NCBI GenBank assembly: GCA_963827815.1 | Contig: CAWHCL010000005.1 | Coordinates: forward strand, 172,608 to 204,607 | Reading direction: 5' to 3' | DNA length: 32,000 nt | From: an uncultured Verrucomicrobiae bacterium | Lineage (GTDB): Bacteria > Verrucomicrobiota > Verrucomicrobiia > Limisphaerales > UBA11358 | Shown here: positions 9,306-18,008 of the stretch, in pieces | How the letters are laid out: the number at the start of each line of letters is the position of its first letter | Position numbering within the stretch: position 1 is the stretch's first letter | Made by a program: the position numbers and the translations under genes | Notes under the pieces: generated by a model | The model's input: the letters and a program-made list of their open reading frames with translations, nothing else | Told to the model about the DNA's origin: nothing | Databases searched by the model: none

Positions 9306-10463
9306 ATGAGGAACTGGCACATACAATTGACGATCGCGTCCCTGCTGGCGGGCGGTGTATTTTTCACCGGCTGCAGCAAACCGCCAGGTGTTTCCGCTCC
9401 AGACAGCGGTGTCATCAAGGTCGGTGAATTCGCATCGCTGACCGGCAGCGAAGCGACGTTCGGCCAGTCGTCCCATAAGGGAACACAAATGGGGGTGGAC
9501 GATCTTAATGCGGCCGGCGGAGTACTCGGCAAGAAAATCCAACTTCTGACCGAGGACGACCAGTCGCAAGCCGGCCAGCCGGCGACGGTGGTGCGCAAAT
9601 TGATTTCAAGCGACGGCGTTGTGGCGATTCTTGGCGAGGTGGCATCCTCGAAATCGCTCGAAGCCGCTCCCATCTGCCAGGAGAACAAGATTCCGATGAT
9701 TTCGCCGTCATCCACCAATCCGAAAGTCACCGAAACCGGCGACTATATTTTTCGTGTGTGCTTCATTGATCCGTTCCAAGGCACGGTCATGGCGAATTTC
9801 GCGCGCAAGACGCTCAAGTTGCAGAACGTCGCGGTTCTGACGGATGTGAAAAGCGATTACAGCCTGGGCCTGGCGAAATTCTTCAAGGAAAGCTTCATCG
9901 CTGATGGCGGGAAAATTGTCGCTGAGCTAAATTACAGCGGGGGCGACAAGGATTTCAGCGCGCAATTGACGGCCATCAAGGCCGAAAACCCCGACGGCAT
10001 TTTTGTTCCGGGCTATTACACTGAAGTCGGGTTGATCGTGTTACAGGCGCGGCAACTGGGCATCAGCGTGCCAATGTTCGGGGGTGACGGCTGGGAGTCC
10101 TCCTCGCTGGTGCCCATCGGCAAGCAGGCTTTGGAGGGCTGTTATTTTTCCACGCATTTTTCGCCGCAGGACACGTCGCCCGCCGTACAAGGCTTCGTGA
10201 AGGGATTTCAGGCCAAATACAATGAGACGCCGGACGCGATGGCCGCGCTCGGATACGATTCGGTGATGATTCTGGCCGACGCAATGAAACGTGCCGGTTC
10301 AACCGATTGTGCGAAAGTCCGCGACGCGCTTGCCGCCACGAAGGATTTTCCCGGCATCACGGGCAAGATCACGATTGACGCCGACCGCAACGCTTCAAAG
10401 CCCGCAGTGATTTTGACCATCACAAATGGCCAATTCCAATACGTTGAGACGATTGCGCCGTAG
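9306..10463 (+). CDS. ABC transporter substrate-binding lipoprotein, branched-chain amino-acid (LivJ/LivK, type I PBP) family
   Basis: Start chosen at ATG 9306: MRNWHIQLTIASLLAGGVFFTGC, a signal peptide plus lipobox. Family motifs present: IKVGEFASLTGSEATFGQ, GVVAILGEVASSKS, FVPGYY. It is followed by livHMGF. Confidence 0.9.
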   Translation: MRNWHIQLTIASLLAGGVFFTGCSKPPGVSAPDSGVIKVGEFASLTGSEATFGQSSHKGTQMGVDDLNAAGGVLGKKIQLLTEDDQSQAGQPATVVRKLISSDGVVAILGEVASSKSLEAAPICQENKIPMISPSSTNPKVTETGDYIFRVCFIDPFQGTVMANFARKTLKLQNVAVLTDVKSDYSLGLAKFFKESFIADGGKIVAELNYSGGDKDFSAQLTAIKAENPDGIFVPGYYTEVGLIVLQARQLGISVPMFGGDGWESSSLVPIGKQALEGCYFSTHFSPQDTSPAVQGFVKGFQAKYNETPDAMAALGYDSVMILADAMKRAGSTDCAKVRDALAATKDFPGITGKITIDADRNASKPAVILTITNGQFQYVETIAP

Positions 10464-10468
10464 GGTTG

Positions 10469-10628
10469 GTTGATAGTTGATAGTTGATAGTTGATAGAGG
10501 GGACGGCAGATTTCCGTCCATGTTCAACTTGAAAAATTGGAAACATGGCAGAAGGCGATTGTTTTCGCCGTTCCGTGCTTGAAGCCTCGCGATTTACTTA
10601 TTGTCGCTATCAACCATCAACTATCAAC
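10469..10628. repeat. inverted arrays of a tandem heptamer, (GTTGATA)x4 and (TATCAAC / CATCAAC / TATCAAC), around a structured spacer of about 111 nt
   Basis: Left array 10469-10496 is perfect. The right array at 10608-10628 is its reverse complement. The spacer holds three local hairpins: GGACGG-N7-CCGTCC (10501-10519), CCATGTT...AACATGG (10518-10548) and GGCGA-N6-TCGCC (10554-10569). Confidence 0.9.
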
Positions 10629-11539
10629 TTCCCCTGACTGAATTTCTCCAACAGTTGATCAACGGCCTGGCGTTCGGCTCGATTCTCGCCCTCATCGCGC
10701 TGGGCTATACGATGGTCTATGGCATCCTCCGGTTCATCAACTTTGCGCACGGCGATATTTTCATGCTTGGCGCGTTCGCCGGATTTTACCTCGCACCGAA
10801 AATCGCCGCCGTCCTGCCGACGCCCTCGATTGCAACCGGCCTAGTCGTGATGGGGATTACCATGACGATTTGCGCTATGCTGGGCATCGTTATTGAAAGG
10901 CTGGCGTATCGCCCGTTGCGCCGCAGCCCGAAGCTGGCCGTGCTTATCACCGCCATTGGGGTTTCCCTTTTCCTGGAATATACCGGCCAGCTTGTTTTCG
11001 GTGCGGCGCCGAAAAGTTTCCCCGCGTTGATTCCGTCTTATCCCCTGACTCATTTTGGCGGCTTGAGCATCAACAGCAATCAAGCTGTCGTGCTTGCCGT
11101 CACATTGTTATTGCTCGTCGCTTTGCGTTCCATCGTCCAGAACACCAAGATTGGCACGGCGATGCGCGCGCTGGCGTTCAACCCCGAGGCCGCGGCACTT
11201 ATGGGCATCAACACCGATGTCGTCATCTCGTTCACCTTCGGCCTTGGTTCGGCCCTGGCGGCGGCGGCTGGGATTTTGTGGGCCATCAATTATCCGTCCA
11301 TTGACCCCCTGATGGGCATTCTACCCGGGCTGAAGGCCTTTGTCGCAGCAGTGCTCGGTGGCATCGGCAATCTGCCCGGAGCAGTGCTTGGCGGACTCAT
11401 CATCGGCGTCACCGAAACTTTTGTTTCCGGCTACATTTCATCGACCTATCGCGACGCGATTGCGTTCGGCGTGTTGATTTTGATTTTGCTCATCAAACCA
11501 TCCGGTTTGCTCGGCAAAAAGGAGATTGAAAAGGTATGA
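10601..11539 (+). CDS. livH: branched-chain amino-acid ABC transporter permease LivH
   Basis: FLQQLINGLAFGSILALIALGYTMVYGILRFINFAHGD is the canonical LivH N-terminus. The only in-frame starts are TTG 10601 and CTG 10634. The start is therefore uncertain, and the first codons overlap the heptamer array. Confidence 0.9.
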   Translation: MSLSTINYQLPLTEFLQQLINGLAFGSILALIALGYTMVYGILRFINFAHGDIFMLGAFAGFYLAPKIAAVLPTPSIATGLVVMGITMTICAMLGIVIERLAYRPLRRSPKLAVLITAIGVSLFLEYTGQLVFGAAPKSFPALIPSYPLTHFGGLSINSNQAVVLAVTLLLLVALRSIVQNTKIGTAMRALAFNPEAAALMGINTDVVISFTFGLGSALAAAAGILWAINYPSIDPLMGILPGLKAFVAAVLGGIGNLPGAVLGGLIIGVTETFVSGYISSTYRDAIAFGVLILILLIKPSGLLGKKEIEKV

Positions 11540-12516
11540 TGTTCAAGCACGCCAAACTATTTCTGGCCGTTATGATTGTGTTGTGCTTTCTGATATCGCT
11601 CGTTGAAGACAAAATCAATTCCTACTGGCTGTTCATCAGCTACGACATCGGCATCAACATCATCCTCGCCGTCAGCCTGAATCTCATCAATGGATATACC
11701 GGCCAGTTTTCGCTCGGCCATGCGGGATTCATGGCCGTGGGCGGCTACACGGCGGCAGTCATCACGAACCAATTTGGCGAATTGAATTCGTTTGCGACGG
11801 CAGTTCTGTTTCCTGGCGTGCTGCTGGTAGGTGGATTACTCGCCGCGGTGGCGGGATTTCTGGTGGGCCTGCCGACACTACGGTTGCGGGGAGATTATCT
11901 GGCCATCGTCACGCTCGGCTTCGGAGAAATCATCCGCGTGATTTTTCAAAACATGAACGCGGTTGGCGGCGCGCGCGGTTTGAGCGTAACGCACGGCTTG
12001 ACAAATTTCTTCTGGGCCTTCGGCTTTGCGGCGGTGACGATTTACGTCGTCACCTCGCTGGTGCATTCAACTTATGGGCGCGGGTTCATCGCTGTTCGCG
12101 ACGACGAGGTCGCCGCCGAGGCGATGGGCATCAACACCACCAAATACAAGGTCACCGCATTCGTCGTCGGCGCGTTCTTTGCCGGCATCGCGGGTGGACT
12201 TTACGCGCACTCGAAGCAATTCATCACGCCAGGCGGATTCGGCTTCATGCAATCCATCACCATCGTCGTGATGGTCATCCTCGGCGGCATGGGGAACACG
12301 CCGGGCGTTATCATTGCCGCAATTTTGCTGACGCTGCTGCCGGAAGGATTGCGCGCCATTGCCGGCATCGAACATCTGCCGGGCATCAGTAGGGAATTTC
12401 CGTTGAGCTGGGTTGGCGACGCGCGGATGGTGATTTATTCACTGTTGCTTATTGTGCTCATGCTCACGAGGCCGCAGGGACTGTTTGTTTTCCGAAAATC
12501 TCTTTACACGAAATAA
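11536..12516 (+). CDS. livM: branched-chain amino-acid ABC transporter permease LivM
   Basis: 326 aa. The motif NLINGYTGQFSLGHAGFMAVGGY is typical of LivM. Its start overlaps the livH stop (ATGA). Confidence 0.9.
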   Translation: MMFKHAKLFLAVMIVLCFLISLVEDKINSYWLFISYDIGINIILAVSLNLINGYTGQFSLGHAGFMAVGGYTAAVITNQFGELNSFATAVLFPGVLLVGGLLAAVAGFLVGLPTLRLRGDYLAIVTLGFGEIIRVIFQNMNAVGGARGLSVTHGLTNFFWAFGFAAVTIYVVTSLVHSTYGRGFIAVRDDEVAAEAMGINTTKYKVTAFVVGAFFAGIAGGLYAHSKQFITPGGFGFMQSITIVVMVILGGMGNTPGVIIAAILLTLLPEGLRAIAGIEHLPGISREFPLSWVGDARMVIYSLLLIVLMLTRPQGLFVFRKSLYTK

Positions 12517-12518
12517 GA

Positions 12519-13292
12519 ATGCCCGCGCTGCTGCAACTTGAAAAAGCCACCATCCGTTTCGGAGGGTTGACCGCCGTTTCAGAGTTGGATCTTCAAATCG
12601 GCGGCCATGAACTCGTCGGCCTCATTGGCCCGAACGGCGCTGGCAAAACTACCGTGTTCAATCTCATCACTGGCGTTTATCAGCCGACGGAGGGCGATAT
12701 TTCCTTTGACGGCCAATCCGTCGTCGGCAGCAAACCCTACCGCATCACCGTGCGCGGCATTGCGCGGACGTTCCAAAATATGCGTTTGTTCCCGTCGCTG
12801 ACCGTGTTCGACAACGTCCGCACGGTTTTTCACCTGCATTTGCGCGGGGACATCCGGCACGCGCTCTGGCGCGGGCGCGCGTTTCACGAGGAGGAAAAAT
12901 TTATCGCGGCGCAAGTCATGGAATTGCTGGATATTTTCCATCTTGGAAAATTCCGCGATGCCCCGGCGAAGAGCTTGAGCTACGGCGACCAGCGGCGACT
13001 GGAAATCGTCCGCGCGCTGGCGACCAAGCCGAAACTCCTGTTGCTCGATGAGCCCGCCGCAGGCATGAACACAAACGAGAAGACCGAACTGATGCGGCTG
13101 ATCCAGTTCATCAAGGACAAGTTCCAGATTTCCGTGCTGCTCGTCGAGCACGACATGCAGGTTGTCATGGGCATCTGCGAACGCGTCGTCGTTCTGGATT
13201 ACGGCGTGAAAATCGCCGAGGGCACGCCCGGCGAAGTGCGGGCGAATCCGAAGGTCGTCGAAGCTTATCTGGGCGAGGAAGGATTGAAATGA
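12519..13292 (+). CDS. livG: branched-chain amino-acid ABC transporter ATP-binding protein LivG
   Basis: 257 aa. Walker A GPNGAGKTT, signature LSYGDQRRLEI, Walker B LLLLDEPAAG. Confidence 0.9.
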   Translation: MPALLQLEKATIRFGGLTAVSELDLQIGGHELVGLIGPNGAGKTTVFNLITGVYQPTEGDISFDGQSVVGSKPYRITVRGIARTFQNMRLFPSLTVFDNVRTVFHLHLRGDIRHALWRGRAFHEEEKFIAAQVMELLDIFHLGKFRDAPAKSLSYGDQRRLEIVRALATKPKLLLLDEPAAGMNTNEKTELMRLIQFIKDKFQISVLLVEHDMQVVMGICERVVVLDYGVKIAEGTPGEVRANPKVVEAYLGEEGLK

Positions 13293-13367
13293 ACAACAAA
13301 GGAATAAAGGAACAAAGTCTTCGGGAAACAGGTCTGGCTTTCTTCGTTACTTCGTTGCTTTGTTGTT
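13291..13367. repeat. intercistronic imperfect hairpin element, AACAAAG-type family (copy B)
   Basis: Sequence: GAACAACAAAGGAATAAAGGAACAAAG - loop - CTTTCTTCGTTACTTCGTTGCTTTGTTGTT. The outer 10 bp (AACAACAAAG / CTTTGTTGTT) pair perfectly. It fills the livG-livF gap from the livG stop codon to 8 nt before the livF ATG. Confidence 0.8.
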
Positions 13368-13374
13368 AAAACCC

Positions 13375-14082
13375 ATGTTGGAAATTAAAAACCTTCAAGT
13401 CAGCTACGGCGCCATCACCGCGCTGCATGGAATTTCCATGTCCGTGCCGGACGGAAAGATTGTCACGCTGATCGGCGCCAACGGCGCAGGCAAAACGACG
13501 GCACTCAAAACGATCTCCGGACTGCTCAAGCCGAAATCCGGCGAAATTCTTTACGGCGGGAAAAACATCGCCGGCCAGCCGCCGCATCAAATTGTCAAAC
13601 TCGGCCTTTCGCACGTGCCGGAGGGCCGCATGATTTTTACGAACCTAACCGTTATGGAAAACCTGCAACTCGGCGCATATTTGCAAAAGGACCGGCAAAT
13701 CGTCCGGCGCGAACTCGAACACGTTTTTGCATTGTTTCCACGGTTGCAGGAACGCGAAAAGCAAATCGCCGGAACTCTTTCCGGTGGGGAGCAGCAGATG
13801 CTGGCGATTGGCCGGGCGATGATGAGCAGGCCGAAATTCCTGATGCTGGATGAGCCGTCGCTCGGCCTCGCGCCGCTGCTGGTGAAGACGATTTTTGAAA
13901 AAATTGTTGAAATCAACCGGCAGCAAGGCATCACGATTTTGCTGGTGGAACAGAATGCCAATCTCGCGCTGGAAATTTCACACTTCGGCTATGTTCTGGA
14001 AACAGGCAAGGTGACGTTGCAGGACGATTCCGCCGCCTTGCGCCAGAATCCACAAGTCAAAAGCGCCTATTTGGGCGGCTGA
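13375..14082 (+). CDS. livF: branched-chain amino-acid ABC transporter ATP-binding protein LivF
   Basis: Start chosen at ATG 13375 (MLEIKNLQVSYG). Walker A GANGAGKTT, signature LSGGEQQMLAI, Walker B FLMLDEPSLG. Confidence 0.9.
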   Translation: MLEIKNLQVSYGAITALHGISMSVPDGKIVTLIGANGAGKTTALKTISGLLKPKSGEILYGGKNIAGQPPHQIVKLGLSHVPEGRMIFTNLTVMENLQLGAYLQKDRQIVRRELEHVFALFPRLQEREKQIAGTLSGGEQQMLAIGRAMMSRPKFLMLDEPSLGLAPLLVKTIFEKIVEINRQQGITILLVEQNANLALEISHFGYVLETGKVTLQDDSAALRQNPQVKSAYLGG

Positions 14083-14100
14083 TTTACCCAAAAAGTCCTG

Positions 14101-14128
14101 TTGACTTCGTCCGTGCATCTGATAGATT
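14101..14128 (+). promoter_or_regulatory. candidate sigma70-type promoter of rplM-rpsI
   Basis: TTGACT (14101-14106), a 16-nt spacer, then TAGATT (14123-14128), 25 nt upstream of the rplM ATG. Prediction only. Confidence 0.45.
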
Positions 14129-14153
14129 CCGCCTCCCTTTTGTTTGGGTAAAA

Positions 14154-14588
14154 ATGAAAACGCATTTGCCGAAAGTGAATTTAGACGAGCGCAAGTGGCA
14201 TCTGATTGATGCCGACGGCGCGGTGCTCGGCCGTCTGGCCGTGCAGGTTGCCGACATTTTGCGCGGCAAAAACAAACCGGTCTATACGCCGCACCTCGAT
14301 GCCGGCGATTTTGTCGTGGTCATCAACGCGGAAAAAGTCCGAGTCACCGGCAAAAAGGAGATCGCCAAGCAATACATGACCTATTCCGGCTGGAAGGGCG
14401 GCGAGAAATACACCACCGTCGAGCGGCTGCGCGTCAAGAATCCCGAACACCTCATCACGCACGCCGTCAAGGGCATGATCCCCAAGAACCGGCTTGGCCG
14501 GGTGTTGCTCACAAAATTGAAAGTGTTCAAAGGCCCGAAACATCCGCACTCGGCGCAGCAACCTGCGGCGCTCAAGGCGGCGGCATAA
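14154..14588 (+). CDS. rplM: 50S ribosomal protein L13
   Basis: 144 aa. RKWHLIDADGAVLGRLAVQVADILRGKNKPVYTPHLDAGDFVVVINAEKV is the canonical L13 sequence. Confidence 0.97.
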   Translation: MKTHLPKVNLDERKWHLIDADGAVLGRLAVQVADILRGKNKPVYTPHLDAGDFVVVINAEKVRVTGKKEIAKQYMTYSGWKGGEKYTTVERLRVKNPEHLITHAVKGMIPKNRLGRVLLTKLKVFKGPKHPHSAQQPAALKAAA

Positions 14589-14595
14589 ATGATTT

Positions 14596-14997
14596 ATGGC
14601 AGCAGAAACCAAAATTGAATTTCTCGGCACCGGCCGGCGCAAAACCGCCGTCGCGCGTGTCCGGCTCGCAACCGGCAGCGGCAAGATCACCGTGAACCGC
14701 CGCGCTTTTGAAAATTATTTCCCGCTTGAAACCTTGCGCGCCACCGTCGTCCAGCCATTGACGGTCGCCGGCGCGCTGGAAAAATTTGACGTTCGCGTGA
14801 ACGTCGCGGGCGGCGGGCCGAACGGCCAGGCCGACGCCGTTCGTCATGGCATTTCCCGCGCGTTGATTAAATTTGACGCGAACCTCCGTCCGCCTCTGAA
14901 GGCGGAAGGGTTGCTCACGCGCGATCCGCGCATGCGCGAACGCAAAAAATACGGCCAGCCGGGCGCGCGCAAACGCTTCCAATTCTCGAAACGTTAA
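14596..14997 (+). CDS. rpsI: 30S ribosomal protein S9
   Basis: 133 aa. [12 protein letters not shown] near the start and the C-terminus [24 protein letters not shown] are canonical for S9. Confidence 0.97.
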   Translation: MAAETKIEFLGTGRRKTAVARVRLATGSGKITVNRRAFENYFPLETLRATVVQPLTVAGALEKFDVRVNVAGGGPNGQADAVRHGISRALIKFDANLRPPLKAEGLLTRDPRMRERKKYGQPGARKRFQFSKR

Positions 14998-15017
14998 TCG
15001 CGCTGGAAATTTCCAAG

Positions 15018-15047
15018 CCCCGCTGGTTCAATCCGGCGGGGTTTTTT
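15018..15047 (+). terminator. rho-independent terminator after rpsI
   Basis: CCCCGCTGG - TTCAAT - CCGGCGGGG (9-bp stem with one mismatch) followed by TTTTTT, 21 nt after the rpsI stop. Confidence 0.7.
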
Positions 15048-15051
15048 ATTT

Positions 15052-15116
15052 GAACCACAAAGAAACCAAGAAACGAAGGCCGGAAAAGATTTTGTTACTT
15101 TGTAACTTTGTTGTTC
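15052..15116. repeat. imperfect hairpin element, AACAAAG-type family (copy C)
   Basis: Sequence: GAACCACAAAGAAACCAAGAAACGAAGG - CCGGAAAAG - ATTTTGTTACTTTGTAACTTTGTTGTTC. It ends 17 nt before the argC ATG. Confidence 0.75.
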
Positions 15117-15132
15117 AATTTTCGTGTTAAAA

Positions 15133-16171
15133 ATGAAAACAAAAAATGTGGCCATCATCGGCGCGTCGGGTTACTCCGGCGAAGTTTTGGTGCAGTTGCT
15201 CTTGAACCATCCGCATGCGGAACTGGTGGCCGTCACCTCGCGCCAAAATGCCGGGCAGACGCTGGCGCAGGTTTTCCCGAAATTCGCCAGCCATCCGAAA
15301 TCCAAGATCGCTCCGGTTCTCGGAGCCGAACGTCGAACTGCTGGCGAAGCAGGCCGACGTGGTGTTTCTGGCGCTGCCGCACGGCGTCGCCGCCGAATAC
15401 GCCGTACCGCTGCTCGAAGCGGGTTGCGTTGTCATTGATTTGAGCGCGGACTTCCGGCTCAAGAGCACGGAAATCTACAAGGACTTTTATGCGCATGACC
15501 ATCCCGCGCCGGATTTGCTGAAGAAATCCGTTTATGGCCTGCCGGAAATTTACCGGGACGAAATCAAAAAATCGCTGCTCATCGCTTCGCCGGGCTGTTA
15601 TCCGACCAGCATTCTGCTGCCGGCGATTCCGTTGCTGAAGGCGGGCTTGATCAAGCCGACAGGCATCATCGCCGACTCGTTGAGCGGCGTGAGTGGCGCG
15701 GGCCGGAAGGCGGAAATTGATTATCTCTTTTGCGAATGCAACGAGAGCGTCAGGCCTTATGGCGTGCCGAAGCACCGGCATTTGTCCGAAATCGAAGAAC
15801 AACTTTCATTTGCCGCTGACGCGAAAGTCATAATTCAATTCACACCACACCTAATTCCGGTGAATCGCGGCATTTTGACGACGCTTTATCTGACGCCAGA
15901 AAAATCCACCGATGCGGAGAAAATTTCCGCGTGTTATGCCAAAGCCTACGGCAAGGAGCCATTTGTCAGGCTGCTCGAAGGCAAGGCGTTGCCCGACACG
16001 AAAAATGTCGTCGGCACCAATGTCTGCGAAATCGCATGGCGGCTTGATCCGCGCACGGGACGGCTGATCGTCATGAGCGCCGAGGACAACCTGGTGAAGG
16101 GCGCTAGCGGACAGGCGATCCAAAGCATGAACCTCTTGTGCGGCTGGCCGGAGACGGCAGGGTTGGTTTAG
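15133..16171 (+). pseudogene. argC: N-acetyl-gamma-glutamyl-phosphate reductase (argC), interrupted as written by a +1 frame change near 15300-15315 (true pseudogene or assembly indel)
   Basis: The N-terminal frame (ATG 15133) gives MKTKNVAIIGASGYSGEVLVQLLLNHPHAELVAVTSRQNAGQTLAQVFPKF..., then degenerates and stops at 15438. The +1 frame carries the rest: LRFSEPNVELLAKQADVVFLALPHGVAAEYAVPLLEAGCVVIDLSADFRL...ASPGCYPTS (catalytic Cys motif)...AEDNLVKGASGQAIQ. Confidence 0.85.
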
Positions 16172-16227
16172 CGTCTGCGAACCAGGTGCAAGTCAAGCCA
16201 CCCATCGAGCATTTGAACGAGCCGGTG

Positions 16228-17175
16228 ATGCGGTTCGCGCGTCAGGATTTTGCCACGCTCAACCAGAATTTCACAATCGAACAGGCGCTTGCCTCCATCC
16301 GCAAGCGTGGCGTGGGTGAGAAAATAGTCTATTTTTATGTCGTTGATGACTCCGAACAACTCGTCGGCGTCGTGCCCACGCGGCGGCTGCTCATGGCCGC
16401 GCTGGAAATGCCGCTGTCGGAACTGATGATCCGCCGCGTCGTAGCCATTCCGCATACGGCGACCGTGATGGAGGCTTGCGAATTTTTCGTGCTCCACAAA
16501 TTTTTCGCCTTCCCGCTGATTGACGGGGCGCGCCGCGTGGTGGGGCTTGTGGACGTGGGATTGTTCACGGAGGAGGTTTTTGACATCGCCGAGCGCGAGC
16601 AATTGACGGAGGTTTTTGAAACGCTCGGCTTCCATGTGGCGCAGGTGCGCGACGCCTCGCCGCTGCGAGCTTTCCGATTCCGTTTTCCCTGGTTGCTGAC
16701 GACGATTGTCAGCGGCACGCTTTGCGCGTTTCTGGCAAAGTTTTATGAACTGACGCTAGCCAAAAGCCTCGTGCTCGCGTTTTTCCTCACCATGATCCTG
16801 GGCCTGGCCGAGAGCGTGAGCATCCAATCCATGACTGTCACGATTCAGGCGCTGCGGACTCACAAGCCAACGTTCCGGTGGTATCTGCAAATGTTGCGGC
16901 GCGAATGCACCACGTCGCTGCTGCTCGGCGCGGCGTGCGGGTTGGTCGTATTTGTAATCGTCTGCATCTGGCGCGGCGCGGGGATGCCGGCGATTGTCAT
17001 TGGCTCAAGCGTCCTGTTTTCGGCATTCATCGCCAATCTCTCCGGCTTGACCGTTCCGACCCTCCTGCACGCGCTCAAGCTTGATCCCAAAATCGCCGCC
17101 GGACCGGTCACGCTGGCGCTGGCGGACATCCTGACGCTGCTGTTTTACTTCAGCCTCGCAAGATATTTCCTGTGA
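16228..17175 (+). CDS. MgtE-like divalent-cation (Mg2+) transporter: CBS pair plus MgtE membrane domain, without the usual long N-domain
   Basis: A CBS-like region (LVGVVPTRRLL...VVGLVDVGLF) is followed by 5 TM segments that include ILGLAESVSIQSMTVTIQAL and DPKIAAGPVTLALADILTLLFYF, the MgtE-type PxxT motif. The start is uncertain. ATG 16228 is preferred, because the ORF track's GTG 16138 would overlap argC by 34 nt. Confidence 0.7.
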   Translation: MRFARQDFATLNQNFTIEQALASIRKRGVGEKIVYFYVVDDSEQLVGVVPTRRLLMAALEMPLSELMIRRVVAIPHTATVMEACEFFVLHKFFAFPLIDGARRVVGLVDVGLFTEEVFDIAEREQLTEVFETLGFHVAQVRDASPLRAFRFRFPWLLTTIVSGTLCAFLAKFYELTLAKSLVLAFFLTMILGLAESVSIQSMTVTIQALRTHKPTFRWYLQMLRRECTTSLLLGAACGLVVFVIVCIWRGAGMPAIVIGSSVLFSAFIANLSGLTVPTLLHALKLDPKIAAGPVTLALADILTLLFYFSLARYFL

Positions 17176-17177
17176 CA

Positions 17178-18008
17178 ATGAACCGCCCGTCGCATTCTCA
17201 AAAATCCAAAATCGCGCAGTCGGTAACGTGGGACGCAGCGGACTACGCGGCAAATTCCGTTCCACAACACGCCTGGGCGCGCGAACTCATCGCCAAACTC
17301 AATCTGCACGGCGATGAGCGAATCCTCGATGTTGGCTGCGGCGACGGCAAAATCACCGCCGAAATCGCTCGTGCCGTTCCGCTCGGCATGGCCACGGGTG
17401 TTGACGCCTCGCAGCAAATGATTTCGTTCGCGCAAAAGACTTTTCCGGCGAAGAAATTCCCGAACCTGGAATTTCACGTCATGGACGCGCGGAAGATCAA
17501 ATCCGACCGTCAGTTCGATTTGATCTTTTCCAACGCGGCGCTGCACTGGGTGGACGACCATCAGGCCATTCTGCGCGGCATGGCGGCGGTCTTGAAACCC
17601 GGTGGACAGTTGATTGTTTCCTGCGGCGGCAAAGGCAACGCGCAGGACGTTTTTGTCGCGTTGCGGCCGGAAATGCGGCTGAAGCGCTGGCGCGACTTTT
17701 TCCGCAGGATGCCAAAGCCCTACTTTTTTTATGCGCCGGGCGATTACGAAAAATGGCTGCCGAAATTCGGCTTCATAATCAACACGCTCAAACTTGCGCC
17801 AAAGGATGCGACTTATAACGGCGCGGACGGATTCGCCACCTGGCTCCGGACGACGTGGCTGCCTTATGTCCAGCGTGTGCCCGAAAACATACGCGAGGAA
17901 TTCATCGCCGCCGTCATGGATCGTTATGTGGCAAAACATCCGCCGGATAATGCCGGGCAGGTCCACGTGAGGATGGTGCGCCTGGAAATCGATGCGGTGA
18001 AGGTTTAA
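17178..18008 (+). CDS. class I SAM-dependent methyltransferase (Tam/trans-aconitate methyltransferase-like)
   Basis: WDAADYAANSVPQHAWARELIAKLNLHGDERILDVGCGDGKITAEIA carries motif I (GxGxG). Also present: IFSNAALHWVDDH and LKPGGQLIV. ATG 17178 lies 3 nt after the preceding stop. Confidence 0.8.
   Translation: MNRPSHSQKSKIAQSVTWDAADYAANSVPQHAWARELIAKLNLHGDERILDVGCGDGKITAEIARAVPLGMATGVDASQQMISFAQKTFPAKKFPNLEFHVMDARKIKSDRQFDLIFSNAALHWVDDHQAILRGMAAVLKPGGQLIVSCGGKGNAQDVFVALRPEMRLKRWRDFFRRMPKPYFFYAPGDYEKWLPKFGFIINTLKLAPKDATYNGADGFATWLRTTWLPYVQRVPENIREEFIAAVMDRYVAKHPPDNAGQVHVRMVRLEIDAVKV

Noticed and set aside
10520-10582. 20-aa ORF (MFNLKNWKHGRRRLFSPFRA) inside the liv repeat spacer
   Set aside because: It is very short and coincides with hairpin-forming sequence. 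It is most likely a by-product of the structured element.
10469-10628. Possibility that the repeat arrays are a CRISPR array
   Set aside because: The units are 7 nt and directly abutting, with no spacers. No cas genes are in the window. These are microsatellite-like arrays in inverted orientation.
15089-15132. ArgR (ARG box) operators upstream of argC and argJ
   Set aside because: I looked for the 18-bp TNTGAATWWWWATTCANW-type palindrome. Only a half-site-like GTTCAATTT is present, and it belongs to the repeat element that also precedes livF.
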